Part shown: positions 1-10,821 of the stretch, in pieces
Layout of the letters: each line of letters opens with the position of its first letter
Position numbering within the stretch: the first letter of the stretch is position 1
Assembly (NCBI GenBank): GCA_965233585.1
Contig: CBDDTI010000746.1
Coordinates: 288,001 to 352,000 of the forward strand
Direction of reading: 5' to 3'
DNA length: 64,000 nt
Source: a bacterium
GTDB taxonomy: Bacteria > SAR324 > NAC60-12
Translations under genes and position numbers: made by a program
Notes under the pieces: generated by a model
Databases searched by the model: none
Seen by the model: the letters and a program-made list of their open reading frames with translations, nothing else
Told to the model about the DNA's origin: nothing

Positions 1-224
1 AACGTTTTAATGAAGTTTTTCATATGTTTATAGCCATTCATAAAAGGTTAGGAAAACAACTTGTTAACTTTTTTCAAACCTTGCAAATTTTTCCAAAAAG
101 TCAACAAAGTGGGTGCAGTCTAAAGCAGGAAAAAAGATAAGTCAAGTTATTTTTTTGCAAAAAAGGGGGCAATTCTGCTCCCTTTGTCTTGCCTTTGTCT
201 TCAAGCACAACTTCCATCTTCGTT

Positions 225-565
225 GCCTTTTCGTCACCTGCGGGCTTGTGTTTAAGTCATTGTGGGTTTGTTTTTTGTCATTGCTCATCTTGACCCGCAA
301 TCTCTCTTTTTTTCTCATTCCTCACTTTCTCACCTGTGGGCTTGTTTTTTGGTCGTGGCTCACCTTGTTCCGCAATCTCATTCTTGTTTTTGAGATTTGG
401 TGTCAAGCCTGCAAACTTCTCCTGTCATTCCTGCGAAAGCAGGAATCCAATCATGTAGGAATCTGTGCTTTGTTTAAGATAGATTCCGTGTCAAGCACGG
501 AATGACGTCAGGATTTTGCTCATCTTGAGAACTGTCATTGCTCACCTTGACCCGCAATCTCAAAT
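225..565. repeat. Cluster of REP-like hairpin elements (GTCATT-stem-loop-ATCT/ATCC family)
   Basis: gtcattcctgcgaaagcaggaatcc (424), agattccgtgtcaagcacggaatgac (481) and gtcattgctcaccttgacccgcaatct (534); the same elements recur at 15.3, 35.3, 39-40 and 41.5 kb. Confidence 0.85.
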
Positions 566-650
566 TTCCATTTTTTCAAAAACTAACCCGCTTGTTTCTT
601 TGACTTTTTGCTCAACTCATCAAAAATAATTAAAAAAGACGATTTTCCAG

Positions 651-680
651 TTGCATTTGTTTTGAGCAGTCTGCTAGAAT
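651..680 (+). promoter_or_regulatory. Putative sigma70 promoter of lipoprotein copy 1
   Basis: TTGCAT-18 nt-TAGAAT with extended -10 TG; conserved upstream of all four paralogs. Confidence 0.6.
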
Positions 681-735
681 CATCAACTTATTTTTTGTTC
701 GTTCTCATTTAACCAAATCATTTAGGAGTTTTTTT

Positions 736-1440
736 ATATTAGAACAAATCAAATCCATTCAAATCCTTTTTGTCAGGTGCGGGTCTTTTTATGACAAGAT
801 AATTGTTTTCCTGACACTGCTGGTCTTGGCAGGTTGCACACCGCCTGCTGAAGAAAACGAGGGGGAAGCCACCCAAAATCAAGCCACTTGCGAGGTCACC
901 TCTGGCAGTTCTTTGGCAACGGGTCAAGAATTGGTTGCAGACTTAACATGCGCTGTATCAAACATTTATCAAGGCAAACGGTTAAGCATCACTTACGATG
1001 AAAGTTTGACGTCTTTGAAGCTGGTTGTGTCAGGGGACAAAGCAGTCGGACAGATTGGAGGGGAGACAGTTGGACAGAGTGGAACGTTAAACTACAAATT
1101 ACCTAGAAAAAAAGAGTTTCAAGCCAAGCTGAAGTTGGCAGGAGTCGCAGCAGGCAAGGGACAACTCAAGTTCAAAATCTTGAGAAAAAAATCAAATTGG
1201 GATTTTACAGTGGTCAATGGAGGTTCTAACTCATCGTCAGGTTCCAGTGGGGGAAGTAAGGCATTGACTCTGGGTGCTGCGGTCACGTCAACTGCTTTTA
1301 CCAAAATGCAGGACACATCAGGCAAAGTCAATGAACGCGAAATTCCAGTCTTGTGTCGGCTTGATACGCCTGTGGAAATTCATTATTACAAAAATGGTGG
1401 AATCCTCCACACTGTCCTACGTAGCTTCATGCAAAGCTGA
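736..1440 (+). pseudogene. Variable lipoprotein family copy 1; start codon ATA; 3' truncated and fused to an aconitase C-terminal fragment
   Basis: Continuous frame from ata at 736 (ILEQIKSIQ...[17 protein letters not shown] lipobox); matches the paralogs up to MQDTSGK (1328), then reads [28 protein letters not shown], the AcnA C-terminal motif. Confidence 0.8.
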
Positions 1441-1555
1441 CTTGATTTGAACTCAGACCAATCCTGTTTGAAAGTAACATTTTTGATGAATATCCTGCAG
1501 AAGAAAGCAAGTGGGAAAGTCTTTAAACTCCAAAAATCCCTTGTCCCTAGCTGAC

Positions 1556-4500
1556 TTAAATCTCTCCACCAACACCTTTGAATTTGTCAACGAAGGCAGA
1601 GATTTTATCAAAAACGGTTTGTTTTTTCGTGTGATATTGCGGATTAAGGGGACTCATTTTGGGTAGTGCTTCGTTGAGTTCTGTGCCATTTTTGCTGGCA
1701 AATTTTCGTTCCAGTGATTTTTTGATGTAACGTTTTGCCGCTGCATCGTTTAGCTCTTCTTCTTTTATCAGTTCGGTTGCTTCTCTTTGCTGTTCTTGTC
1801 GTGCAAAAGTAAAAAATGCTTCAATCATGCTGGCTTTGTCCTCAAATGTTGCAAAATCAGCCTGATGAATGAAGTCAAGTAACAATCCTTCCTTTGATCT
1901 GTGGTCTAGGCTGGAGCTTATCATGCGTTTGACATCTTCAATCAAAGTGTCTTTGCTTTTGGTCTTTTGGTTTTTCTCAAAAATAAGCTCCAAAATATAA
2001 TCAAGGTCAATTTCTTGGGATTTGAGCAAGTCCACTTCAAACACCACATCGTCCCAATCTATCTTAGACTCGTCTTGTTTCTCTGATGCTCTTTCTTTGA
2101 TGAGCCAATCGCGAATGTCGTTATATGTAGAACGATAGTCTTGAATGGTGCGTTCTGACGGCATTTCTATTGTTTGTATGGTGGCAAAATCGTCATCGCT
2201 TAGATGGTGTTGTTTTTTAAATTCTTCTATCTCATCGGGGTTTTTTGTGTCAAGATTTTGCAAGGTTTTAAGGGTAGTAAACTCATCATAATTTTGCAGC
2301 ACATTTTCTAGCCGTAAGTACTCACCAAATAACTTGACAAATTCTTTTTTATCATCTTCTTTGTCAATTTTAGCAGGGTTAGGAAATCGTTCTTGCAAGT
2401 CCTTCACAACGTCTTTAAAACCTCGTGTCACTTGACCTGTTGCAATGTCTTTAAAGCCTTCCATGTATTCCTGATAGCTTTTCTCCAAGATGACTTGCTC
2501 GGTATGACTCCCACTTTTGCCAAATAATTTGATGGCATCTTTCGTGGCTGGTTCTAGGTTGCGAAAGGTGACAATATTGCCAAAGGTTTTGGTGGCATCA
2601 TAAATGCGGTTGGTGCGGGAAAAGGCTTGAATCAAGCCATGAAAACGCAAATTTTTATCTACAAATAAGGTGTTCAAAGTAGGAGCATCAAAGCCTGTTA
2701 AAAACATTCCTACCACGATTAACAAATCCACTTCTTGAGCCTTCACCCGCTTTGCCAAATCGCGATAATAGTTTTGAAATGCTTGGCTCTCTACACTGAA
2801 GCTAGTTTTAAAATATTCGTTATAATCAGCAATGACTTTGCCTAAAAATTCTTTTGCGGTTTGGTCCCTGGTGATTGTCTCAAAGTCCTCATCTGCAATC
2901 TCACCGATGGCATGTTGTTCTTCGTTGGCAGCAAAGGAAAAGATGGTCGCAATTTTTAGTTTCTTATCGCTGTGTTCTTGCAATGTTTGAAAGGTTTCAT
3001 AATACGATTTGGCGGCATCTATACTGCTGACGGCAAACATGGCATTAAAACCTTTGTTATTGCTTTGCAAGCGGTGCGTCTTGTGATGAAAGTTGTTGAG
3101 GACATACTGCGCAATTTCCTTGATACGATTGGGGTGCAAGAATGCTTTTTTGTCCTCTTCTGCAAAAAATTTTTGCTCATCTTGTTCGGTTTCAATCGCT
3201 TTGAACTGGGGGCGGACATCATTGTAATCTACCTTGAATTTAAGCACTTTTTCATCACGAATAGCATCGGTGATGACATAAGAGTGTAGCTCGCAACCAA
3301 ACACGCTTTGTGTTGTCTCTGCACCTGAGGCGTTGTCAAGAAAAATTGGCGTCCCTGTAAAACCGAATTGATAAAATTGCTTAAACTTCTTTCTTAAGTT
3401 TTTCTGTGCCTCACCAAATTGGCTGCGGTGGCATTCGTCAAAAATAAACACCACTTGCTGATTGTACACGGGCAAGCCTGTTTCACCTTTCATCAGGTTG
3501 TTGAGTTTTTGAATGGTGGTGACGATGATTTTATTGTCATCTTTGCTTAAATTGCGTTTGAGTGCAGCAGTGCTGCTTGAACCGTTGACGCTATCAGGTG
3601 AGAATTTTTGATACTCTTTCATAGTCTGATAATCAAGGTCTTTTCTATCCACCACAAAAAACACCTTGTCAATAAAATTTAATGCTGTTGCCAAACGTGC
3701 GGTCTTAAAGCTGGTTAAGGTTTTTCCTGAACCTGTGGTGTGCCAAATGTAGCCTCCACTTCCTGGCTTACAACTATTTTTTGCTTGATACGAGCTTTGA
3801 ATCTTCCACAAAATGCGTTCAGTCGCAGCGATTTGATAGGGACGCATGACAAGCAAAGTTTCGTTTGCATCAAATACCGAATATTTTAATAACACATGAA
3901 GCAGGGTGTTTTTTTGCAAAAAAGTAGCAGTAAAGTCTTTGAGGTCTTTAATCAAAGTATTGTCAGCCCTTGCCCAATTCATGGTAAAGTCAAAGCTGTT
4001 TTTGTCCCGTTTGGTGGTGTTAGCAAAATAGCGGGTATCCGTGCCGTTGGAGATGACAAAAATTTGCAAATACTTATACAAAGAATTGTCGCTGTTGAAA
4101 CTTTCTTTGCTGTAACGATGGACTTGATTAAAGGCTTCGCGAATGGCAACGCCACGTCTTTTTAGCTCCAAATGCACCAAAGGCAAGCCATTAATCAAAA
4201 TCGTCACATCATAGCGGTTGGCATGGCTACCTGTTTGCTCAAATTGTCCAATCACTTGCAACTTATTCTTAGCGAGATTCTTTTTGTCTAGCAAATAAAT
4301 ATTTTTAATATGTCCGTCATCAAAGACAAAATCATAAATATAGTTATCGTGAATTTTACGTGATTTTTCCTCCAAAATATCGCTGGCTTTATCCAGATAT
4401 TGCTCCACAAATCGTTGCCATTCATCATTAGAAAACTGAACGTCATTTAAGTTTTGTAATTGTGTGCGGACATTGGCAAGCATCGCATCAGGGCTTTTGA

Positions 4501-4657
4501 TATTTTTGCAATACTCATAACCTTGATTTTGCAAATCCTGTATCAATTCACGTTCTAAATCTGCCTCAGTTTGATAACTTGTTGACTGTTCTAGTTCGTC
4601 ATATTTATCCAGAACAATAAAATTATTAGATTCTATGATGGGTTTGTAATGATTCAT
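1556..4657 (-). CDS. hsdR: Type I restriction endonuclease subunit R, EcoR124 (type IC) family
   Basis: [22 protein letters not shown] nuclease motif, HTTGSGKT Walker [28 protein letters not shown]; likely start MNHYKP at 4657 with GGAG RBS (the extension to 4726 is repeat-derived). Confidence 0.95.
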   Translation of the reverse strand: MNHYKPIIESNNFIVLDKYDELEQSTSYQTEADLERELIQDLQNQGYEYCKNIKSPDAMLANVRTQLQNLNDVQFSNDEWQRFVEQYLDKASDILEEKSRKIHDNYIYDFVFDDGHIKNIYLLDKKNLAKNKLQVIGQFEQTGSHANRYDVTILINGLPLVHLELKRRGVAIREAFNQVHRYSKESFNSDNSLYKYLQIFVISNGTDTRYFANTTKRDKNSFDFTMNWARADNTLIKDLKDFTATFLQKNTLLHVLLKYSVFDANETLLVMRPYQIAATERILWKIQSSYQAKNSCKPGSGGYIWHTTGSGKTLTSFKTARLATALNFIDKVFFVVDRKDLDYQTMKEYQKFSPDSVNGSSSTAALKRNLSKDDNKIIVTTIQKLNNLMKGETGLPVYNQQVVFIFDECHRSQFGEAQKNLRKKFKQFYQFGFTGTPIFLDNASGAETTQSVFGCELHSYVITDAIRDEKVLKFKVDYNDVRPQFKAIETEQDEQKFFAEEDKKAFLHPNRIKEIAQYVLNNFHHKTHRLQSNNKGFNAMFAVSSIDAAKSYYETFQTLQEHSDKKLKIATIFSFAANEEQHAIGEIADEDFETITRDQTAKEFLGKVIADYNEYFKTSFSVESQAFQNYYRDLAKRVKAQEVDLLIVVGMFLTGFDAPTLNTLFVDKNLRFHGLIQAFSRTNRIYDATKTFGNIVTFRNLEPATKDAIKLFGKSGSHTEQVILEKSYQEYMEGFKDIATGQVTRGFKDVVKDLQERFPNPAKIDKEDDKKEFVKLFGEYLRLENVLQNYDEFTTLKTLQNLDTKNPDEIEEFKKQHHLSDDDFATIQTIEMPSERTIQDYRSTYNDIRDWLIKERASEKQDESKIDWDDVVFEVDLLKSQEIDLDYILELIFEKNQKTKSKDTLIEDVKRMISSSLDHRSKEGLLLDFIHQADFATFEDKASMIEAFFTFARQEQQREATELIKEEELNDAAAKRYIKKSLERKFASKNGTELNEALPKMSPLNPQYHTKKQTVFDKISAFVDKFKGVGGEI

Positions 4658-4675
4658 AAGATGATCTCCAGTATT

Positions 4676-4825
4676 TTTAACCACAGATAAACACAGATAA
4701 ACACAGATAAGCTTCACAAAAAACACTATTTAATCTGTGTTCATCGTGTTCATCTGTGGTTTATTCTTAATGTTTTATTACATCTTTTTGACCACAGATG
4801 CACTCAAATTAACACAGACAGGTTT
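4676..4825. repeat. GxxExxY-associated palindromic repeat, block A
   Basis: accacagataaacacagataaacacagat ... atctgtgttcatcgtgttcatctgtggtt ... accacagat; inverted arms built from about 10-nt tandem units. Confidence 0.85.
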
Positions 4826-5203
4826 TCACAGAACCATTCTTTTAATCTGTATTTTAGGTGTGCCAAAGTTAATGATTAATCCCAAAGGGAGTTTTGTTGC
4901 TTTAAGATAGTTGAGAAGCTGGGCTTGATGGATATTGTTCAGAGTTTGTACTGCCTTGATTTCAAGAATCACCTGTTGATTGACCAGAATATCAGCAAAG
5001 TATTCACCAACTACTTGACCTTTGTAGGCAATAGTCATCATCTTTTCTTTTTCTGCTTTTAACCCTGCATCTGCTAATTCAATCATCATGGCATTTTGAT
5101 AGACTTTTTCCAAAAAACCTGCTCCAAGCGTGTTTGATACAGTAAAAGCACAACCAATTACCTCCCCCGAAATATCATTTAATCTGTGTTGTTCTGTATT
5201 CAT
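4826..5203 (-). CDS. GxxExxY protein (PD-(D/E)XK nuclease-like)
   Basis: LGAGFLEKVY (GxxExxY), ADILVNQQVILEIKAV, AQLLNYLKAT...GLIINFG. Confidence 0.92.
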   Translation of the reverse strand: MNTEQHRLNDISGEVIGCAFTVSNTLGAGFLEKVYQNAMMIELADAGLKAEKEKMMTIAYKGQVVGEYFADILVNQQVILEIKAVQTLNNIHQAQLLNYLKATKLPLGLIINFGTPKIQIKRMVL

Positions 5204-5402
5204 CTTTGTTCTTTTTCAATACTTTTTAATCCGTGTTCATCTGTGGTTTATTCTTAATGTTTTATTACGTCTTTTTAACCACAGATGGACTCAGATCAAC
5301 ACAGATAATGTATCACAGAATCTTCTTTTAATCTGCGTTTATCAGTGTTTATCTGTGGTTTTTTCAATACTATTTCATCTGTACTCATTTGTGGTTCTTT
5401 TC
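5178..5402. repeat. GxxExxY-associated palindromic repeat, block B
   Basis: gtgttcatctgtggtttattcttaatgttttattacgtctttttaaccacagat is nearly identical to 4746-4799; further atctgtggtt arms; overlaps the GxxExxY start. Confidence 0.85.
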
Positions 5403-5404
5403 AA

Positions 5405-5875
5405 TTAAATAGTAATAAAATTAAGCCGATGATTTTCTTGAATCAAGGATTTCATTGAATGTAAGGCTTGGTCAAATGCTTTTTTGTTTTGCAAAAGGCG
5501 TTGCTGATTGATGGTGTAGCCAGCCACCAAATGCTGTTTAAGAATGCCTGTTGCCCATTGGCGAAACTGCACACCACGTTGAGATTTCACACGATAACCA
5601 ACTGAAATAATCACATCAAGATTGTAATAATCTACTTGGTATATTTTGCCATCTTTGGCAGTTGTTGCATTTTTTGCAACAACTGCGGAACGTTCTAATT
5701 CTTGCTCATTAAGCAGATTTCGCAGATGACGGGATATGACTGATTTATCGTGTTCAAATAATTGCGACATCTGGTCTAGGCTAAGCCATACGGTCTCATT
5801 GTCTAGGGTAACTTTTAGCTCAAGTTGCCCGTCCTTAGATTGATAGATTTGGATTTGTTGTAGGTGGCTAGACAT
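5405..5875 (-). CDS. RhuM-family protein, N-terminal part only (probably truncated)
   Basis: ETVWLSLDQMSQLF, YYNLDVIISVGYRVKSQRGVQFRQWAT; only 156 aa and ends at repeat block B. Confidence 0.8.
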   Translation of the reverse strand: MSSHLQQIQIYQSKDGQLELKVTLDNETVWLSLDQMSQLFEHDKSVISRHLRNLLNEQELERSAVVAKNATTAKDGKIYQVDYYNLDVIISVGYRVKSQRGVQFRQWATGILKQHLVAGYTINQQRLLQNKKAFDQALHSMKSLIQENHRLNFITI

Positions 5876-5878
5876 GGA

Positions 5879-7444
5879 TTATTTCACTTGGTTGCTGATT
5901 TTGAAATCTAAAAAAGATATATTCTTGCTTTTGAGTTCTTTTAGATATTCTTGACCCTCAGGGATGTTTGATTTGTCACTAGCATGCTCGTATAAAAACA
6001 GCCAAAAGCGATCTTGTTCTCGCTTATCACTTGTTTTTATTTCTTCTACTTTACAGTCAAAAAGACGTGATTTTAATCTAAACTTTTTGGTGTACTTCCA
6101 TGCCAATAGGATAGAGATACAATCATTATATTCTATAACCTTTTCTCTCCATTTCTTAGAAAGTTTACTAATTTTCACTCCATATTTAATTGCAAAATAA
6201 AAACAAAAAGACAAAGCATCAGTCTGTCCCCTTTCTATGGACTGACGAAACAATAAGGGTAGGAAAACTTTGATTGACTGTTGTTGATTGCTAGCAAAAA
6301 TCAAAACAAACCCTTCTAGTAATGGAATCAAATACGGATACAATAAAGACAAAGAAAGGATTTTCTTAACATATAATTTTTTCGCTCTGTCGGACAGACT
6401 CTTTTTAGAGATAACTTTAATGGCGTAATTAACTGGGGCAAAGTCATCATAGTCTTTGGCTATTGAGATAGCTAAGTTTAAGTAAGCATTTATTGAATTA
6501 AAACCTATTTTCTCTTTATCTGGAAAATTAAATTGATTGAGTTTTTGAGTCCATACACTCTCGTGATATTCAATAAGAGTGCAAATTGAAGTTTTCTTTT
6601 GGTTAAGTAGTAACTCATACTCCTTTAAAGCTAACTCCAATGTTTTAAGAAAGTTGTTAGCATTGTTCTCATCTTCAGCAAAATAAGTATAGTCATCAAT
6701 ATAGCGAATAACTTTTTTAAACCCCTTTTCTTGTAAGATATAATCTACAGAAGTTAGGATTATTTCAGAAACAATATTTGACGTGTGAGGGCCGATTAAA
6801 AGCCCATTAGTCTGTGAGTCGTTACAGTTTCTCACATCTCTATCCAAATTATTTGACCAGTGTGATTTTTCATCTTTGTTTTTTCTATTAGTTGGAAATC
6901 GTTTTTCTTTAGCTTCGTCTTTTCCTTGTATTGCCCAAGGAATTGAGTGGGTATAAATACTTGGAAAGCAAGTTGAAATATCTGCCTTCACTACATATTC
7001 GCAACCTAAGCAATAATCTTGTTCACACTCTTCTTTTTTCCACTTTTCCCACCCTTCATAACTCATTTCAAAAATATGCTTCTTACCTTTAATTTTTCTA
7101 ACATGGCAAAAATTGAATTTAGTTTTTGGCTTGCCTATGTGTTCATTAATAGATGTCCAATATTTTTCAATTGTTTTACACAAGTGCATGTGAGATTCTG
7201 GGTGAGGTATTGCTAATTGTCTGGAAATGCCTTTATTTCTGGTTGCCATATATGAAATGCTTGCATGCGCACAACGTTTAGAACCATTAGTCTTAAAATC
7301 AAAATCTAGTAAAAAATTTGATGAAAAACAGGGGGGTAGTTTATCGGCAAACATACCATATCCTAGCAATGCTGTATAGACATCTTCGGCATCTATAAGA
7401 TCAATATATGCTAGAGAGAAAATACTTATACCTTTATAGTTCAT
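5879..7444 (-). CDS. Reverse transcriptase, class-1 UG/Abi type (DRT4/AbiK-like) with helical C-terminal region; likely antiphage
   Basis: [51 protein letters not shown], catalytic [14 protein letters not shown]. Confidence 0.88.
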   Translation of the reverse strand: MNYKGISIFSLAYIDLIDAEDVYTALLGYGMFADKLPPCFSSNFLLDFDFKTNGSKRCAHASISYMATRNKGISRQLAIPHPESHMHLCKTIEKYWTSINEHIGKPKTKFNFCHVRKIKGKKHIFEMSYEGWEKWKKEECEQDYCLGCEYVVKADISTCFPSIYTHSIPWAIQGKDEAKEKRFPTNRKNKDEKSHWSNNLDRDVRNCNDSQTNGLLIGPHTSNIVSEIILTSVDYILQEKGFKKVIRYIDDYTYFAEDENNANNFLKTLELALKEYELLLNQKKTSICTLIEYHESVWTQKLNQFNFPDKEKIGFNSINAYLNLAISIAKDYDDFAPVNYAIKVISKKSLSDRAKKLYVKKILSLSLLYPYLIPLLEGFVLIFASNQQQSIKVFLPLLFRQSIERGQTDALSFCFYFAIKYGVKISKLSKKWREKVIEYNDCISILLAWKYTKKFRLKSRLFDCKVEEIKTSDKREQDRFWLFLYEHASDKSNIPEGQEYLKELKSKNISFLDFKISNQVK

Positions 7445-7519
7445 TAATAAATTACGATAATATTCATATTGCTTTTGTCTTAGCTCAATCTCACGCGGTA
7501 GCCCTTCGCTGATGCTATT
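7442..7519 (-). repeat. Duplicated 3' conserved region of hsdS, in frame with the RT start
   Basis: Encodes [26 protein letters not shown], the same peptide as hsdS 7698-7775, with a few synonymous differences. Confidence 0.9.
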
Positions 7520-7676
7520 TTTGTTTATCTGTGGCTTTTTCCTAATGCTTTATTACGTCTTTTTGACCACAGATAAACACAAAAAACACAGATGATGCGT
7601 CACAGAATCTTTTTTAATCAGTGTTCATCTATGTTCATCGGTGGTTAAAAAATCATCTACTTTCATCTGTGGTTAC
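7520..7676. repeat. GxxExxY-associated palindromic repeat, block C
   Basis: gtttatctgtggctttttcctaatgctttattacgtctttttgaccacagataaacac...gtgttcatctatgttcatcggtggtt; the last arm lies in the final hsdS codons (TTDESR). Confidence 0.85.
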
Positions 7677-8912
7677 TTCCTCTGGTTTTGGAAAGCTCAT
7701 CAATAAATTACGATAATATTCATATTGCTTTTGACGCAATTCAATCTCACGCGGTAGTCCTTCGCTGATGCTATTGCTCAAAGTGTCAAATCGGTCAAGA
7801 ATGTCAACAATCTTTTGCTGAATTTGCAACGATTTTTCTGGGTTGTCGGGGCAGGGGATTGGAAATTTAGTATCTTTAATCATCGGTTTAGTGAGCTGGG
7901 GAATGCCCGCCTCTGGCACCTTATAATTTTTCTCAATAGTTTTCATAAAATAATAAGCATACTTCAAATTTATGTTGATTTTTGGAGTTAGCACTAACAA
8001 ACGAATTATTGGAAAAATAGGATAATCTCTGTAACTTGTCCAACCTATCGTACCTCTAGCTGATATAGTTAAACTTGGCTCATTCAACTTTGCTTCTTTT
8101 GTCCATCCATATAATGATTTCTCACCTATTCCGTTAGATAAAATAGGCACATTAAACTGCTCTGTTTCTATATCTGAAAATGCGTCTTTTGGTTTATCGC
8201 CACCAGCAAAGATACTAAAAACCTCCCCCAATGTTTTCCATTCTACCCTTGCACCGTCTAGTAGTTTTTGTAAAAAGGGTATCTGTGTTAATCCGTGTTT
8301 ATTTGTGGTTGAAAAATCTAATAATCTATCGCGATAATAACTATACTGCTTTTTACGTGCTGTAAGCTCTGCTGTAAGCTCTGCTGTAAGCTCTGCTGTA
8401 AGCGTAGTGAACTTATCCAAAATGTCAACTATTTTTTGCTGAATTTGTAAAGATTTTTCTGGATTTTCTGGGCAGGGAATTGGGATTTTTATTTTTTCTA
8501 CCTGATGGCTCATCAATTTTGGATTACCCATTCCAGAATAAACATGTTTTTGTGCTTCAATTGAAAGCCAGTAGAACAAAAATTTATAATTTAAAATAGA
8601 GATACTATCAATCTTTATTAAACCACAGACATTTGTAATAGAAAATTTTTCATTGCGGTAAAAAACAGTTCCTGCGTTTGCTCCATCCGTTGTCCATGTT
8701 ACAAATTCACCTTCGAAATCAAATGTGTTAATTTTACCTATCATTCCATTATTTGCTGTTTGTGAACTATAAACAGGATAGTTACCAGCATTATCAGTTA
8801 AATAACTTTTTGACATTACACGCCCCCTTTTTAAATCACAAACCTCTCCCAATGTTTTCCATTCTACCTTTGCGCCGTTGAGTAGGTTTTGTAAAAAGAT
8901 TTGTTTATTCAT
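7653..8912 (-). CDS. hsdS: Type I R-M specificity subunit, type IC
   Basis: VEWKTLGEV twice, IPCP(E/D)[17 protein letters not shown] twice, TAEL repeats, [18 protein letters not shown]. Confidence 0.95.
   Translation of the reverse strand: MNKQIFLQNLLNGAKVEWKTLGEVCDLKRGRVMSKSYLTDNAGNYPVYSSQTANNGMIGKINTFDFEGEFVTWTTDGANAGTVFYRNEKFSITNVCGLIKIDSISILNYKFLFYWLSIEAQKHVYSGMGNPKLMSHQVEKIKIPIPCPENPEKSLQIQQKIVDILDKFTTLTAELTAELTAELTARKKQYSYYRDRLLDFSTTNKHGLTQIPFLQKLLDGARVEWKTLGEVFSIFAGGDKPKDAFSDIETEQFNVPILSNGIGEKSLYGWTKEAKLNEPSLTISARGTIGWTSYRDYPIFPIIRLLVLTPKININLKYAYYFMKTIEKNYKVPEAGIPQLTKPMIKDTKFPIPCPDNPEKSLQIQQKIVDILDRFDTLSNSISEGLPREIELRQKQYEYYRNLLMSFPKPEEVTTDESR
8358..8403 (-). repeat. 12-bp tandem repeat encoding TAEL x3 plus a partial unit
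   Basis: tgctgtaagctc x3 followed by tgctgtaagc. Confidence 0.95.
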
Positions 8913-9894
8913 CGTGATTGATATTGTGTTTTTGCATGATGATAGATGCCATTAATTCTTCTTCAGTAGGTAAAATAGTTTGGTATTTTGAAGCGAATAG
9001 TTGTTTATTTTCTTTCAGTATAGAGTATTTAACGATGGTTTCGTCTTTACTGGCACATAGTATGATTCCAATACTTGGATTATCATCTTTGTTTCTTTTT
9101 AAGTCATCAAACATGCGTACATACATGTCCATTTGCCCAATATCTTGGTGAGTAAGTTTGGTTGTTTTAAGGTCTATCACAACAAAGCATTTTAACAAAT
9201 AATTGTAAAACACAAGGTCAATATAAAAGTGAGATGTTTCGGTGCTAATTCTCATTTGTTGAGCAACAAAAGAAAATCCTTTGCCCATTTCAAGTAAAAA
9301 CTCTTTTAGTTCATCAATAATGGCTTGTTCCAATGCGGATTCTTGCAGTTTTATCTGTTCAGGTAATTGCAAAAATTCCAAGACATAAGGGTCTTTGATA
9401 AAATCAAGTAGCTGTTCGTTTTTAGAAGATTTTTTTACTTTCTGTGTTGAAAGCAGTCGGGCGTAATAATTTGATTTGATATTGCGTTCTAGTTGGCGAA
9501 CGCTCCAATTTTCTGTGCGGCTTTCTTTGCAATAATATTCAACGGTTTTCGCATCATCTATACGCATAATTAACCTGAGGTGGCTCCAACTTAATTCTCT
9601 ACACAGTGTGTAGAGTTTTTCTTGGTGTGGAAATTTGAGGTAAAACTGTCTGCAATTATAAAGATTTGCATAAGAAAACCCCTTGCCAAAATCAAATTTC
9701 AAAGCACTTGAAAGCTCTTCCATAAGCCGTTTGCCATACTTTGCCTTGCTTTCACCATTTTGCTCTTCTACTACTATCCTTTTGCCTATTAACCAATACG
9801 CTTCAACCATAGCAGCATTGATAGCCGAACGCGTTTTGGATCTTGCATTTTGCAAAATACTTTTTATATCAGCGTAAAAATCTTTATTGATCAT
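8905..9894 (-). CDS. YhcG/DUF1016 PD-(D/E)XK nuclease family protein
   Basis: [60 protein letters not shown]. Confidence 0.92.
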   Translation of the reverse strand: MINKDFYADIKSILQNARSKTRSAINAAMVEAYWLIGKRIVVEEQNGESKAKYGKRLMEELSSALKFDFGKGFSYANLYNCRQFYLKFPHQEKLYTLCRELSWSHLRLIMRIDDAKTVEYYCKESRTENWSVRQLERNIKSNYYARLLSTQKVKKSSKNEQLLDFIKDPYVLEFLQLPEQIKLQESALEQAIIDELKEFLLEMGKGFSFVAQQMRISTETSHFYIDLVFYNYLLKCFVVIDLKTTKLTHQDIGQMDMYVRMFDDLKRNKDDNPSIGIILCASKDETIVKYSILKENKQLFASKYQTILPTEEELMASIIMQKHNINHDE

Positions 9895-9896
9895 GT

Positions 9897-10048
9897 TTAA
9901 AGCTCCTGTGTTTTAAATTCGCTGTAGCCTTCATAGTAATAGCTGACGTCAATGCCTTTCATAAAGAGGTTTCGGTCATGGATTTGGTTGGTGAGTGCAT
10001 CTTTGAGCAGTGTTTTGATTTCAAGGTCTTTGACGGGGCTTCGTTGCA
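9897..10048 (-). pseudogene. C-terminal remnant of a Fic adenylyltransferase (class III, NmFic-like), cut by IS1
   Basis: QRSPVKDLEIKTLLKDALT...FMKGIDVSYYYEGY carries the C-terminal SxxxEG inhibitory motif; homology stops at the IS end. Confidence 0.75.
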
Positions 10049-10821
10049 GGCAGTGTTCACTTGATATTGTCATGATATTTTTCAAACCTTTTATAGTCAA
10101 AGAAGAGTTGTAGAGAGTGTTCCAGCATGTCAAAAGTTTTGGAATGTCGTTTAGATTTTCTCATCAAGCGAGCTAGGTTATCTCTGATGGAAGAATTAGA
10201 AGATTCAATGAGATGAGTGTTGTCTTTGCCTATCTGATGCTTTTGTGGAATTTGGAGTTGTGCAAATGCCACTTGATAGCATGAGTTGGCATCTGTATAA
10301 ATCGTTTCAATTCTAGCTCGTTGTGCTTTGACTAGTGCATACAGCTGCTTTGCTGCTGCTAATCCTTTGCCTATCACAAAGGCAATCACACATTGTTCTT
10401 GACGAGAATAGGCTGTCCAAACAGCTACTCTTTGGCTTTTTTTTGAACAAAAGTGTAGATCTCATCCATCTCTATACTATCTACTTGTGCATGGAAACTT
10501 GGTGCGTCTTTTGGAAGTTGAGACACTCTAGCTTTTTTGATCCAGTTGACAATTGAAGCGGGAGACACCTGCAAAAAACGAGCGATCTTTCTGATGCCTA
10601 CACTATTGACATACATCTCTGAGGCTTGACGCTTGGTCTCTAGTGGGATTCTCAAACCATTTGAGGTGAATGCTCTCTGACATGACTTGCAACGATACCT
10701 CTGAACCCCTTTGTAACTTCCATTCTTGATATAAGTCTGACTCCCACAATGATGACAACTTCTCATTTCCATTCCTCAAATTCACTCTCACATGCAATGA
10801 CAATACCAACTAAACACTGCC
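10049..10821 (-). mobile_element. IS1-family insertion sequence (InsA 10425-10772, InsB' 10057-~10445, -1 frameshift)
   Basis: Imperfect TIRs ggcagtgttcacttgatattgtcat / ggcagtgtttagttggtattgtcat; zinc ribbon CHHC..QRYRCKSC; EMDEIYTFV; A8G slippery run; IYTD and HLIESSNSSIR; no target duplication. Confidence 0.92.

Noticed and set aside
113..505. 130-aa ORF and similar small ORFs at 38950-39958
   Set aside because: Translations of REP-like repeats with no protein motif
4658..4726. N-terminal extension of HsdR in the ORF track
   Set aside because: Encoded by the palindromic repeat; RBS and family homology begin at 4657
5879..7444. RT as a DGR, group II intron or retron enzyme driving lipoprotein variation
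   Set aside because: Motifs ([18 protein letters not shown]) fit UG/Abi RTs; no avd, template repeat, maturase domain or VTG motif was seen, and paralog differences are not adenine-specific
7445..7652. Dedicated RT ncRNA (msr/msd-like)
   Set aside because: The region is explained by the hsdS duplicate and a repeat found twice elsewhere; a transcript role cannot be excluded without RNA data
4676..7676. Integron cassette array
   Set aside because: No integrase and no attC-type RYYYAAC/GTTRRRY ends were recognised
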